From assembly GCF_022045235.1 (NCBI RefSeq), contig NW_027266264.1, forward strand, positions 38,006,001 to 38,070,000: DNA of 64,000 nucleotides. The letters run 5' to 3'. The notes under the pieces were generated by a model. It was not told where the DNA came from, did not search any database, and saw only the letters and a program-made list of their open reading frames with translations. Position 1 is the first letter of the stretch; every line of letters starts with the position of its first letter. This stretch comes from Haliotis cracherodii. Its lineage: Eukaryota. The translations under genes were made by a program, and so were the position numbers. Positions 48,516 to 61,142 of this stretch are shown piece after piece.

Positions 48516-50150
48516 GACTGAGAGAGAGGATCTGTCAGTTTACATCCTGACTGAGTAGTGAGTCGGGGACAGAAGGGGAGGATCTGTCAGTTTACATCCT
48601 GACTGAGTAGTGAGTCGGGGACGCAGAGAGAGGACCTGTCAGTTTACATCCTGACTGAGTAGTGAGTCAAGGACTGATGGGGAGGCGCTGTCAGTTTACA
48701 TCCTGACTGAGTTGTGAGTCGGGGACTGATGGGGAGGCGCTGTCAGTTTACATCCTGACTGAGTAGTGAGTCGGGGACGCAGAGAGAGGACCTGTCAGTT
48801 TACATCCTGACTGAGTTGTGAATCAGGGACTGATGGGGAGGCGCTGTCAGTTTACATCCTGACTGAGTAGTGAGTCAGGGACTGAGGGGGAGGCGGTGTC
48901 AGTTTACATCCTGACTGAGTTGTGAGTCGGGGACTGAGGGGGAGGCGCTGTCAGTTTACATCCTGACTGAGTAGTGAGTCAGGGACTGAGGTTGAGGCGG
49001 TGTCAGTTTACATCCTGACTGAGTAGTAAGTCGGGGACTGAGGGTGAGGCGGTGTCAGTTTATATCCTGACTGAGTAGTGAGTCAGGGACTGAGGGTGTG
49101 GCGCTGTCAGTTTACATCCTGACTGAGTTGTGAGTCGGGGACTGATGGGGAGGCGGTATCAGTTTACATCCTGACTGAGTTGTGAGTCGGGGACTGAGGG
49201 GGAGGCGCTGTCAGTTTACATCCTGACTGAGTTGTGAGTCGGGGACTGAGGGTGAGGCGCTGTCAGTTTACATCCTGACTGAGTTGTGAATCGGGGACTG
49301 ATGGGGAGGCGGTGTCAGTTTACATCCTGACTGAGTAGTGAGACGGGGACTGAGGGTGAGGCGCTGTCAGTTTACATCCTGACTGAGTAGTGAGTCGGGG
49401 ACTGAGGGTGAGGCGGTGTCAGTTTACATCCTGACTGAGTAGTGAGTCTGGGACTGATGGGGAGGCGCTGTCAGTTTACATCCTGACTGAGTAGTGAGTC
49501 GGGGACTGATGGGGAGACGGTGTCAGTTTACATCCTGACTGAGTAGTGAGTCGGGGACTGATGGGGAGGCGCTGTCAGTTTACATCCTGACTGAGTAGTG
49601 AGTCAGGGACTGAGGGTGTGGCGCTGTCAGTTTACATCCTGGCTGAGTAGTGAGTCGGGGACTGAGGGTGTGGCGCTGTCAGTTTACATCCTGACTGAGT
49701 TGTGAGTCGGGGACTGATGGGGAGGCGGTATCAGTTTACATCCTGACTGAGTAGTGAGTCAGGGACTGAGGGTGTGGCGCTGTCAGTTTTCATCCTGACT
49801 GAGTTATGAGTCGGGGACTGATGGGGAGGCGCTGTCAGTTTACATCCTGGCTGAGTAGTGAGTCGGGGAATGAGAGAGAGGATCTGTCAGTTCACATTCT
49901 GACTGAGTAGTGAGTCGGGGACTGAGGGTGTGGCGCTGTCAGTTTACATCCTGACTGAGTAGTGAGTCGGGGACTGAGGGTGAGGCGCTGTCAGTTTACA
50001 TCCTGACTGAGTAGTGTGTCGGGGACTGAGAGAGAGGAGCTGTCTGATTACATTCTGACTGAGTTGTGAGTCGGGGACTGATGGGGAGGCGGTGTCAGTT
50101 TACATCCTGACTGAGTAGTGAGTCGGGTACTGAGCGGGAGGTCATGTCAC
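48516..50150. repeat. ~47-bp minisatellite (~35 copies)
   Basis: ctgtcagtttacatcctgactgagtagtgagtcggggactgatggggaggcg repeated. Confidence 0.96.
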
Positions 50151-50321
50151 TTCAACAGTTGTATATTTTGGATTGAACAATACTAAATGCATACGGAAAA
50201 GTCGTGAGAAAGCATAAAAAAGTATTGTCATATTTAAACATTCGCACCTCTTAAGGAGATAGAACAATTGACAATTCTACCCACTCTGGATTACCTGAAC
50301 GCGAATACATCACTGCCGTCA

Positions 50322-50483
50322 GGGGCAGTGGGCTGACCGAGTGGTTACAGCGTTCGCTCGTCACGCTGAAGACCCGGGCTCGATTCCCCTCATGGGTACA
50401 ATGTGTGAAGCCCATTTCTGGTGTCCCCTGTCCTGATATTGTTGGAATATTGCTAAAAGCAGCGTAAATTTCAGTTCACTCAC
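50322..50483 (+). mobile_element. tRNA-derived short SINE
   Basis: ggggcagtggg..gagtggttacagcgttcgctcgtcacgc..ggctcgattcc..gctaaaagcagcgtaaa..cactcac. Confidence 0.87.
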
Positions 50484-51278
50484 GACTGTCATATCATTAC
50501 TCTCCAAGTTGGTGTTCATTCTAAACATTTGACCAAAATACAAATTCATCGACACCAAACTATTCATACGCGGGGGTACCATAAAACAATCATTGGAAGT
50601 TATTTTGAAACAAAACGTCTTGTGCGCAAAAGAATTGCAATAAAAATTTATGGCACTTACAAAGAGAAATTTGAAAGTTACCTGTTCAAATACATCAAAT
50701 GTTCCCACACTTATTAGATTCTTGTCGCAAATTATAAACGATATTTTCAAATAAAACAATTAGCTACACAAGATTAACTTGACCAATTGTTTCGTGTTCA
50801 TTAAAGTAGGATACAAATCTAATGTTCTTATTTTTGTTTGTTTTAATTCTCATATGTTTTCTTTCTTTGTTTGGTCAAATAATTTCATTTAGTGGATGCA
50901 TGTAGTCTTATGCCGCTGTCCGCAAACATCGAGTTTTATCTCATCGTTTTGTGTTCTTCTGTTTGGTCAAAAAATAATTGAGCAATAACGGTGAGTGACT
51001 TTGCGAACGTTGAATGACGCCGCAGTCACCACCAAGAGCATCAGGCTACTTATTACTCGCAGTCAGACAATCCGCGCAGCCTAAACACCCGGTTCTCTAT
51101 AACAGTTCTTACCACAGGCATTTTACATTTGGACATTGTGTCCTTTGGGTTTCAAAACGGGGTATACGCAATAATTAAATCTGTTGAGTACAAGTACCAT
51201 TACAAATTATTATCCTCCAAAGATTTTCATAGCAAATGTGTAAATGTATTCAATGTCCAGTGGAAATATGTTTCAGTA

Positions 51279-51607
51279 NNNNNNNNNNNNNNNNNNNNNN
51301 NNNNNNNNNNNNNNNNNNNNNNNNNNNNNNNNNNNNNNNNNNNNNNNNNNNNNNNNNNNNNNNNNNNNNNNNNNNNNNNNNNNNNNNNNNNNNNNNNNNN
51401 NNNNNNNNNNNNNNNNNNNNNNNNNNNNNNNNNNNNNNNNNNNNNNNNNNNNNGTGNNNNNNNNNNNNNNNNNNNNNNNNNNNNNNNNNNNNNNNNNNNN
51501 NNNNNNNNNNNNNNNNNNNNNNNNNNNNNNNNNNNNNNNNNNNNNNNNNNNNNNNNNNNNNNNNNNNNNNNNNNNNNNNNNNNNNNNNNNNNNNNNNNNN
51601 NNNNNNA
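51279..51607. other. Assembly gap (N run)
   Basis: About 330 N with an isolated gtg. Confidence 0.99.
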
Positions 51608-51976
51608 ATGACAAATTGTATTGATTTCATCAAAGGCAAAGTAGTGATCAAACATATATACTAAAATAAAGTCTTCATTAATCACAGAAAATATTAAATG
51701 TCAGTGGGTAAGGAGGTGTGGAACAACAAGCGTGGGATACCAACTTTGTCAAAGTATATTTTGAATATAAGAACAACATGCTAAATAGGAAAAATTGTAA
51801 ATCCATAACACTGACGATCATGAATTTTGTCAGTCATGAGAAATTCAATCCGGAATATTGTCAGTCGTGCACATTGTCGATCCGTCCGTTTTCACTGAAT
51901 GGTGCTTGCGTGTTTCAATTAAACTGAAAGAACATGCGAATCGGGACGCCATTTGACACTTGACCTTTTGACATGA

Positions 51977-52146
51977 GTTAGTGAGTGTGTGAGTTTGGTT
52001 TTACGCCGCTTTTAGCAATATTCCAGCAATATCACGGCGGGGGACACCAGAAATGGGCTTCACACATTGTACCCATGTTGGGAATCGAACCCGGGCCTTC
52101 GGCGTGACGAGCGAACGCTTTAACCACTAGGCTACCCGGCCGCCCC
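51977..52146 (-). mobile_element. tRNA-derived short SINE, near intact
   Basis: 13-bp TSD ccttttgacatga (51964-51976, 52147-52159); A box tagcctagtgg, B box ggttcgattcc. Confidence 0.92.
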
Positions 52147-52734
52147 CCTTTTGACATGAACTGCTTCTGGTTTGGGTATACTTCTAAGAATACGTCAGTA
52201 ATTTCGGAACTATCTCTGATTCAATTATGTGCACTGAAACACAGTGTCACTGTGCTTTTACTTTTCTTGCATACGTAGTGCCTTGGCACATTTCAGATTA
52301 TCAAATACGCTATTGCAATCCCTGCTTTATTTTTCTTATATGATTTACACTGCCATAGAACAAAAGGAGACCTACTAAGCTGATATATTCCCAATAGTAC
52401 ACAGGTTAATATACAACGTCAACGCCAGAGAATGACGTGTCTCGATTATCCTCGAAACAGATTCCAGTGGACTTAAAAGGCAAAGTAACAGCGAAAAGTA
52501 TATAGATAACTGAAAATCAGTGCTGATAACAGGCGTTGGCGAAATGGGTAAACATTTCATCTCTGACAATCCTTACAACATCATGTTGTCCCTGTATTCC
52601 CTGTAATAAGAGTCGCATACATCTCGGCGTACAAAAATTCAACATCGAGTTGTTGCAGTAGCTTACTTTTCACTGATGAATCGAAATCTTTCAACAATGG
52701 TCAAAGAGCCCTTCCACTGACTTTAACACTTTAA

Positions 52735-53200
52735 CTAGAAACTAAAGGGACAATTGTAACCACGTCTGTTTTGTGTTTAGATATATTAAAAAGATTCAGA
52801 GTAACCATATGCTATCCACAAGACTGTATGACAAGGATGACTTCAACTTTCCAATAGTCAACTTTCTCTTTAATTCGAGCAATAATCCAGCAGCACCAGC
52901 TTTTTGTGTCTACATTTCACAATAATCGAACATGTTCTTTCTACAAAGATTTCAAAGGCCCTACAACTCACTATTCATGACCTTGGTAAAGCTTCCAACA
53001 CGTTTATGGTGAACATCTTGTGAACATTTCCAACTTTAACGCATAAGTGATCAAAATGATATGTTATGCAATTCCGTATTTCATCTTATCCTCCCATTGT
53101 ATTTTTCAGATGAACATTTGACTTGCCTTTGTATGTGTGTGTGTGACAGTGTGGCAGGACACACTCACCTTGTCGCGAACATCTGGTATCATCACTATTC
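52735..53200 (+). mobile_element. Penelope-like element 3' RT remnant (related to 40595-41710)
   Basis: LDI...RLYDKDDFNFPIVNFLFNSSNNPAAPAFCVYISQ; 3' segment gcaggacacactcacctt...aacatctggtatc resembles 41665-41708. Confidence 0.75.
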
Positions 53201-54008
53201 CGTCCGTTGTGCGATTTCGGCTTTTCCTTATCAACTAGTTTTGAAAGAGGAAGAGTCATAGTTTAGGCTGGGGAGCCTGACAGGAAGCCGTTATCGAGAT
53301 GAGATCGTGATGCGTGCTGTCCTTCCTTTTCTTGCACAAAATCTATACATGATGTTGTTTCCGTGTATATTAATTTGAAAATAGTTGTTTGACCATTTGT
53401 TTATAATTATATCCATTATTTGTAGATGACACAAATGTATTATTATTTCCACCTGGCTAGACCTGAGTAATATTCTACACCACCGTGATACATGACGTCC
53501 TTGGGAATCCAGACACTTGAATGGCCCTAGATGCAGATGCCTAAAGAACAGCGGTGGTTCAACTAGTACGTACAATACGCGTTAGAACAAACTTAATAGG
53601 AAGGCTGACATGGCGCGCTATCGCCAAATGTGTTTCCTTGTAAACTGAATACTTTATCAAAACATATCCAACAACGAAGCAAATTGAAAATGTGAGCACT
53701 TTGTTTTTAAGGTGTATTTTTTTTACGCATACCACATCAAAAGGAAAATTGTCAACCAGGAACATTGACAACAAGCATGAAATACTCACATCCCCCGCCA
53801 ATATGACATGTCGGGTTGTGTGCAATGCATTAGCTCCTGTGAACTATGCTCACTGGGCCTTTTTGTAAATGGCCTAATTGCAGCACTAAAAAAAGTTATT
53901 GCTGGTGTTGTTTTTCCATCTGCAGTTTATGATAGAATATGTAACTGAATTTGTAATGAGTAAGGATGAGACATATGTACGAACAACTTCTTTATTACAA
54001 TTAGGAGC

Positions 54009-54043
54009 GATGGTTTCGGTGTAGGTTCTAACACCGTTATCAA
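54009..54043 (-). ncRNA. Minimal hammerhead-ribozyme-like motif (U3-A8 core variant), Penelope-type
   Basis: TTGATAA-C-GGTGT(tagaacct)ACACC-GAAAC on minus; stem III and stem I degenerate. Confidence 0.4.
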
Positions 54044-54194
54044 GCAAGTGAAGTACAGAGCATGGTTGACAAGAATATATAGTGTTTATACAGTTGAGTA
54101 GGTTTAAGATCAGTTACACTGTTGTATTTGTAATGAGTTGTGTTTCAACTGACACTTTTGGAGGGACATACACTCAAGCAATGCAGAACTTACC

Positions 54195-54963
54195 AACAAG
54201 AAAAGGAAATGTATTCAATACTGTGAGATGACATTATGTGCCAAGTTTGGTTGCCATTGAAACTCGAAAAATATTTATTTTTTGAAACCCAAATTATCAA
54301 AGGGCACCAGTTCACCACTAGACCTATCTATGTGCCAAGTTTGGTGAAGAAATATAATACGGTTTTCAAGATCTGCTCCGGAAACGAGGACTACCGCCAT
54401 TTTCAGTCTAAATAAAATTCGTTGACATGGAAACTCAAAACATTTTTTTTTTAAATCCCAAACTATCAAAAGGCACCAGTTCACCACTAGATCTATCTAT
54501 GTGCCAAGTATAGTGAAGAAATATAATACGGTTTTCAAGATCTGCTCCGGAAGCGAGGACTACTGCCATTTTCAGTCTAAATCAAAGTCGCTGACATGGA
54601 AACTCGAAAAAAATAAAATAAAATAAACTCCACACTATCAAAAGGCACCAGTTCACCACTAGACCTATCTATGTGCTAAGTTTGACGAAGAAATATAGTA
54701 TGGTTTTCAAGATCTGCTCCGGAAACGAGGACTATCGCCATTTTCAGTCTAAATCAAAGTCGTTGACATGGAAACTCGAAAAAATAAAATAAAAATAAAT
54801 CCTAAACTATCAAAAGGCATCAGTTCACCACTAGACCTATCTATGTGCCAAGTTTGGTGGAGAAATATAGTACGGTTTTCAAGATCTGCTCCGGAAACGA
54901 AATGTGACGGACGGACGGCACCCATTCCTATATCCCCCTTCCACTTCGTGGCGGGGTATAATA
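54195..54963 (+). mobile_element. Helentron-associated (HINE/DINE-1/pearl-like) non-autonomous element with ~178-bp internal tandem array
   Basis: aacaag start; ~3.7 copies of a ~178-bp unit; (GGAC)n microsatellite; 3' hairpin ccc..ccacttcgtgg..gggg then tataat. Confidence 0.72.
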
Positions 54964-55804
54964 ATGAGTAATGTCAGTCATGAACATTGTCATTCCAGGA
55001 CTGTCACGAACTCTACCAATGCGGAAGATTGGCTATCTCCCACATTGCCAGTCATGAATATAATTAATTTCCCTTAAAGGTACTTCAATGTGCTTCGGCA
55101 ATATGTGCACTGGTGTCTGCTTTATCAGCTCCAATACGCCTGATACTAAATTCCAAATGTTGCATACAAGGTACAAACAATCTTCCATACAGTAGTCATC
55201 CTCAACACCATAATGATGGGTAATGTCAAATGGATTTTGTATGAATTTTTATACATGTAACCTCATTTATGTGATATTGTCGCACATTTTAAGCTGTCAT
55301 AATTAATCAAACTATATTTGTGAAAAACAACAAGAAAATTAAACATCCGATTGTGATGATTATTCATATGGTTATATTGCTTGATTATTTGTGTTCCTGT
55401 TTTCATTGTGACAGTAACGCTGTTCTGAAACGTAATAAGACAGAACAAATATTTCTTTTTAGTACATTTCATTCGCATTACGTATATATACACGTATATA
55501 AACCAACTTAACATTAAATACATGTGATCAGATGCGTCTTTTGCAAAATTATCGTCTTGATCGTGTATACAATGTAGATGATTCAGGTTGTAGATATATA
55601 TTATACACGGTTTTAGCAATGAAACACCACACTAAATAGGATATTGGTCAGTAATGGAACACTCCTGCTGCTAGTGCAGTGTTTTACTAATAATAACCAT
55701 TCGAGGTCATCATACTATACATGACTGAGAACACTGGAACATGCACAGAATATGGTAAGGTAATCTCACCAATAGAGAAAAAACATGTTTAGTAGCTGTA
55801 CATA

Positions 55805-57022
55805 TTAGTCGTGCGCCCCTTTCTTGACTTGCGGTAAAAAGACATTTCCGACAAAAGGAATAACAATCTGTCGCCGTATGTCGCCATCAGGACTGAATAC
55901 AGTTATCTCACGTTCATTTTCATTCCCACATAGGATGTAGAGTTCGCCATTCCAGATATCTACCTCAGGGTGAAATGTAAATCTTGAATCACAGGTGTAA
56001 ATGTATCTCATGAAATTCCTTTGAGTGTCGAAGAAGGAGAGTGTCTTGTTTTCAAATGTTATTGCTATCACTTCTTGTGTAACAAAGGCCAGTTTTATTT
56101 CTCCTGCATTTAGTCTTAGAAACTCCCTGACACTGATGGTATCTGCATTACCATGATGTATCATGAACAACTGAAAGGCGTACATGTTATCACTCAGTGA
56201 CCTATAGGTGCAATACAGCAACACATCTGACAGTTGATGTCCAACGAAACAATAGGCACTCGTGGGCCATTCCAAACGGGCCAGACTAATGATCTCGTTG
56301 CCATGTGTCACTATTCCAAACTGCACAGAATGCTTATCTGTATAATCTGTATAACAGACATAAATACGATTTCGTTTCCAGTGAACATAGATGGAATGAA
56401 ACCCCTTTCCACTGGCAATACTTGTCCACTTTGAACCATCAAAGTGACTACTTTCAAGACTAAACGTTTCAAGCCATGCATAAAGCATGCATTCGGAGAG
56501 ATCTACAAAAAGGAACGCGATGTCCTTTGGATAAACAAACAGTGATGTCAGTTGCAGGTCGTTCTTACTTGTATCATAAACATCGATGAACCATCTCATA
56601 CTCTTCTTTCTGGCGACGACGATGTGGTGTGTGGACATGTTTATGGTCCCATGTTTGGTATTACATGTCCATTCATTTCTTCTTGTACTTTCCAGGGGTT
56701 TTCCAGTTTTCATGTTGCTTCCTCTCGCGTCATTTCGGAGTTTCCAACGAGACTCCAAAAGTGTATATGTTAGTTTGGAAGACGTCTTGACAAAGAACAA
56801 ATGCTTTTCTGGCACAAGACTCTCGTTGTTAGCAAGAAGTGTACTATCGTTGCAAGAACAGATACATCCCCTATGTCCCCTTAAATCATGTAAGATCCTT
56901 ATACACGATTGAGTTAAAGGGCAATAAACAAAACAGTCTAGTTTCATTCTCGTTCTGCTGAGATAAACAACTTGTATACTATGTAAAATTGTAACACAAA
57001 TGATTGTATTCTGCAGAAACAT
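55805..57022 (-). CDS. Uncharacterised secreted protein, 405 aa, paralog 2
   Basis: Uninterrupted 1218-nt ORF; hydrophobic leader; DCFVYCPLTQSC..C; shared blocks with paralog 1 (WxCxT, YDT, CMxY, YVxW, FxGH..S..LLY, FVTxExIA, NxTL, G..xRxIxxP). Confidence 0.85.
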   Translation of the reverse strand: MFLQNTIICVTILHSIQVVYLSRTRMKLDCFVYCPLTQSCIRILHDLRGHRGCICSCNDSTLLANNESLVPEKHLFFVKTSSKLTYTLLESRWKLRNDARGSNMKTGKPLESTRRNEWTCNTKHGTINMSTHHIVVARKKSMRWFIDVYDTSKNDLQLTSLFVYPKDIAFLFVDLSECMLYAWLETFSLESSHFDGSKWTSIASGKGFHSIYVHWKRNRIYVCYTDYTDKHSVQFGIVTHGNEIISLARLEWPTSAYCFVGHQLSDVLLYCTYRSLSDNMYAFQLFMIHHGNADTISVREFLRLNAGEIKLAFVTQEVIAITFENKTLSFFDTQRNFMRYIYTCDSRFTFHPEVDIWNGELYILCGNENEREITVFSPDGDIRRQIVIPFVGNVFLPQVKKGAHD

Positions 57023-57920
57023 TCTTCAAAGCTGTGTAAACAGTATGTCGGCGATGAATCAAACACTCTTCTCTGAGGCAGAATTGTGCACAACCAAACA
57101 TGAAATAGCCAAATGAAAAGGAAAAGTATATATTTTAGGAACACAGAAAAATTCGGTCAGTATTAATTATTGAAGCTTTTTCGCAAATTGAATTTCGCAC
57201 ACTATAACTTAACCAGTTTTTTGCGAACCCAGGGTACTCAATCTAAAAACATACATTGAAATAATACATTCTTATCCTTCATACACTCGCACGCCTACAG
57301 ATATATAAGAAATAGCATGCACGCATTGCTTCAAATGTCACTGACTTCTCAAACAGAGATAACTATCACGAATAGACAAAAAGACAGGCTGCTCACAGTC
57401 GACATTTGTAAATACACAAGTTAAGTATCAGATACTAATGGGTTGAGCTTGAGCTTCCTTCACAGAAACAATGAACTTGAAATTATTTTATTGAAACAAT
57501 GGTTCTCAAGACAGTAACCTGACTTTACATCATTGGGTGCAGGGTGGGGGGTGGGGGGGGTGGGGGTGGGGGTGGGGGGGGGGGTGGGGGGGGGGGAGGA
57601 GATGGGATGTCCAAGTCAGTTCGGTAAAAAGTGGGCGCCGCCATTGTTGAGAGGCTACCGAGGATAACCTTTATAACGGAAATGAACTGTGTTGCTGCTA
57701 TCTAACGTCCTGGATGTCAAATATGACACGTGTGTTTGACCGTCGGTGACAGGGAAGCCAGTTGGGGCATGCAGTGCAAGAGACATTTTAGTATCCCTTA
57801 GTACAGGTGATATGTTGTCAGCCATGTGGATGTTTATGAAGTCTTTTTAATCTGTCAGATTTGTAAGGTTTCAGTAATCGTCTACTACTCATATGTAGGT
57901 GTTTTAAAGTTTGTCATGGC

Positions 57921-58902
57921 CACAGTCCTACACAACCCCCAACTAAAAATCCATCAAAACATCTTCATCATCACCGACTCCCTCAGTGGACTCCAGGCCC
58001 TAAAAAACAAAACAACACTAAAAATCGCCCCAACTTAATTAACCAAATACTAAAAAGCTCAAATGAACTAACTAAAGCAAACAAACAGATAGAATTCGTT
58101 TGGATACCCGCGCATGTAGGAATCTATGACAACGAACATGCAGACCAAGCAGCCAAACTATCCCTAAAACTCACAGAAGTAAGCCTATGTCTACCAATCT
58201 CAAAATCAGAAATTAAAAGCATAACCAAACAAAAGATCACCAAAAAATGGCAAAATAATTACAAAAACTCAAACTGTCAGCTTAGGAAAATACTTAAAAA
58301 CCTCTAATTAAACCCAAAGTCCTACACCCATCCACAAAAAAATCGACAGGGCCATAACCAAACTACAAACAGGTCACTCCAAACTAAACAACCATCTAAA
58401 AACTTCTTAAATACACGCAACAGGCAAATTACATTGCAACCAAGAAGAAACCATCGAGCACGCACTCATACATTGCAAACACTACCAAATACACAGAACG
58501 CACTCCAAACCACACTGAACTTAAACTCCGGGTTTACACTAGACAAAATCCTAAGCCCACTTATCAACACACAAAACTTTAAAGCCCCAGGCATATACCT
58601 CATTAAAACTGATCTAATTAACCGCATCTAATCCTCAAATATCCCAATAAATGAATAAATAAACCAACAACTAAAAAAAACACATACAACTCCCTTAGTC
58701 TCTCCCCCTTCTGACATCCATTCCAACTCTGCAAATTTCAAAACTCCTTTATAAGCAACCCCTTAAACCCCCTGCAGGGGTTGCACAAATCCCTTCTTTC
58801 ATTTCGGCAAATAAGTTTACATTAAATGGCCTGGCGGGCCCGTGTGCGAAATACGCTTATAGTCGGAAAGCGCACGTTAAATCCCTAACGTCAGTCAGTC
58901 AG
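57921..58902 (+). mobile_element. 5'-truncated I/Nimb-group LINE (RNase H, zinc knuckle, 3' UTR, (GTCA)n tail), decayed
   Basis: IFIITDSLSGLQAL, IEFVWIPAHVGIYDNEHADQAAK, ITKLQTGH, ETIEHALIHC; tail cgttaaatccctaac(gtca)3. Confidence 0.85.
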
Positions 58903-59122
58903 ATGAAAATCAGAAATGTCTCACCCTTAGCCTAGCTAATAAAGCTTAACCCGTGCCACCACTACACTTCACAGATATAAAATACCTGAGGAATATCACA
59001 TTTGAATTACTGATTTCAATTGTGGAATATGGGATATAATTTCATCTAGGCAGTTCAATGCATCCTCTTCATTCAGACCAGACCACATCAGAGCCAGTGT
59101 TCTTGCAAGGGTTCTAATTAGA

Positions 59123-59262
59123 CTGGACTCTCGATGACTGGACTCTCTATGACTGGACTCTCTATGACTGGACTCTGTATGGCTGGACTCTCTATGACTG
59201 GACTCTCTATGGCTGGACTCTCTATGACTGGACTCTCTATGACTGGACTCTCTATGACTGGA
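59123..59262. repeat. 15-bp minisatellite
   Basis: gactggactctctat repeated ~9 times. Confidence 0.95.
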
Positions 59263-60274
59263 CATGGCATCAATCTCCCAAATAATTATTACTCCTTATA
59301 ATGTTATTGCAAGAATCAACAGAATTGTTGTTGACATTGTTATGCTGCTCTGTTGTAAAAACTTTAGAAGGCTAGTCATTTAATATTTTGTATGACATTT
59401 ATTTCGGAATTAATGTAAAAGGTTAGGCCAAGCATGCTTTTTGTTTTAGCTAGTGTCGTTTGACCTGATAACACGGTAGAGACAACACTTACAATGTGTA
59501 AGTTCTATCACCTGATGGCCATGATGCTTATGTTTTGTGAGTCTTAGTGGCAAATCCTAGTAGCTGCATTTCGTGTACTCACGTTTGTTCACGAGATATC
59601 TCATGACAGATTCTCTTACAGATTCTGGTATTGCACTTTTGTCACTTGCACTTGAACTACTTCTAGCTCATGTATATCTCTACCAATAACTAATGTAGTA
59701 TGTTAATACTAGTTTATTATGTACATGGTTATATTCATTACAATTAATGGTAGGCGCTAATTCAGGACATATTTCCTGATTCAATTATATGTGTTGAAGC
59801 ACAGTGCCAATAAACCTTTGCGTGAATTATTAATGCCAAATTTAATATTTCAATCATATGCTTTTGATTATTATGTGTTGATTTTGTAATTTAATAATAA
59901 AAATCGATTTAAATCCATAACTTTAATAAGTTGCACATTCAGAATTATCACATCAAAATGGAGTTATTCTATTCAAATGTATTGTTATTATGAATGTAAA
60001 CCCCTTCCTGCATACATAATTCCATAAATATTACAACATGGTCACATGACCACGTATTTACCCTTATGAAAGGGATGAAGTCAAACTTAAGTTTCTCCTC
60101 AGACACTAATCTGACAACTTAGAGGCACATAGATTGCAAATTCATATTTTGACCATATCAAGTATATTTCTTATGAAATACACCATTGCAACCACCATTG
60201 TGAATTTCTTATATATATAATTTACATTAAGGTCTACTTGCGTAATACATTATGAATACACTTTTAACCAATTA

Positions 60275-60685
60275 TTACTTATCACTGTCATAAAATATAT
60301 ATTGATCTCTCATATCATTACAGCCTTGTGTTGTCCTTTTAGCTACCACCTGTAATAAGAGTTGCTCATTGTCTCGGCTTACAACATGCTCTGACGAAAG
60401 GGGATTCTCTGGACACACATGGCGCAGAAATTGCCTTCCTGGTCTAACACCACACATCACGATCGCATCTTGGCTGGGGAACCTGACGAGAATTCCGCTG
60501 TCCAGACGAGATCGTGATGTGTGGTGCCAAACCAGGAAGGCATTTTCAGCGTCATAGCTCATTGCCTCAGGTTGCCTTAGTGTGTACCGAGGTCCTTGCA
60601 CAGAACAGTGAAAATGTGTTGTCCTGACTACCCTGTTCACCAGATGGCATTCCAATAGAGTACATCTTGGATGAACTGGGGCGAC
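60275..60685 (-). CDS. Possible exon or fragment of a distant member of the secreted family
   Basis: Open frame after ttgcag| acceptor-like site; CTLLECHL...FHCSVQG resembles YTLLESRW...WTCNTKHG; QPEAMSYD..FLVW is propeller-like. Confidence 0.3.
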   Translation of the reverse strand, partial: VAPVHPRCTLLECHLVNRVVRTTHFHCSVQGPRYTLRQPEAMSYDAENAFLVWHHTSRSRLDSGILVRFPSQDAIVMCGVRPGRQFLRHVCPENPLSSEHVVSRDNEQLLLQVVAKRTTQGCNDMRDQYIFYDSDK

Positions 60686-61142
60686 CTGCAACCACCACTA
60701 TTGGCCTTTACCTCCATGAGTATTAACAGAAATAGCTTGATTCATGCGAGGTTGTTGATAGAATAGAAGGTGTTACTCTTTCTTTTGCATCAATTTGACA
60801 AGCTAAACTTTGCAAAGCTAGTAAATAAATTTCTGAGTTCTTTTATTGTCAGGTGAAAGGTAAGAGAATCAACCGAGGTGTGTCTGTTATTGGGACTTCT
60901 TCGACTTGATTGTGGCTGGCCAACTAACGGTGATTGATGTGTTACAGTATTTTTTTTTTAATATAGTAAGATGGTTTTAACGTCACTTACAATAGTAAGT
61001 TTAATTATACTACTCTAAGTTTGCTAAGCATCAAGTTTTGATGGTCTCAGAAATCATCCAACCAATAGAGATAAAAATATCCCGCTACACAATGATTGGG
61101 AAAAACCCCTTGACATACATTTCACGATGAACGGAGAGAGGC

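Noticed and set aside
48516-50150. CRISPR-like look of conserved plus variable segments
   Set aside because: Variable parts are short related variants, not unique spacers; eukaryotic context; no cas genes
51129-51685. ORFs spanning the N run
   Set aside because: Artefacts of the assembly gap
51977-52146. tRNA gene candidates (also 35946, 43287, 50322)
   Set aside because: A/B-box heads continue into a shared SINE body, tail and TSDs; no proper acceptor stem or terminator
52672-52686. CTGATGA-ATC-GAAA hammerhead core
   Set aside because: No stem II, III or I can form
58996-59265. SSHRE-repeat ORF
   Set aside because: Derived from a 15-bp minisatellite
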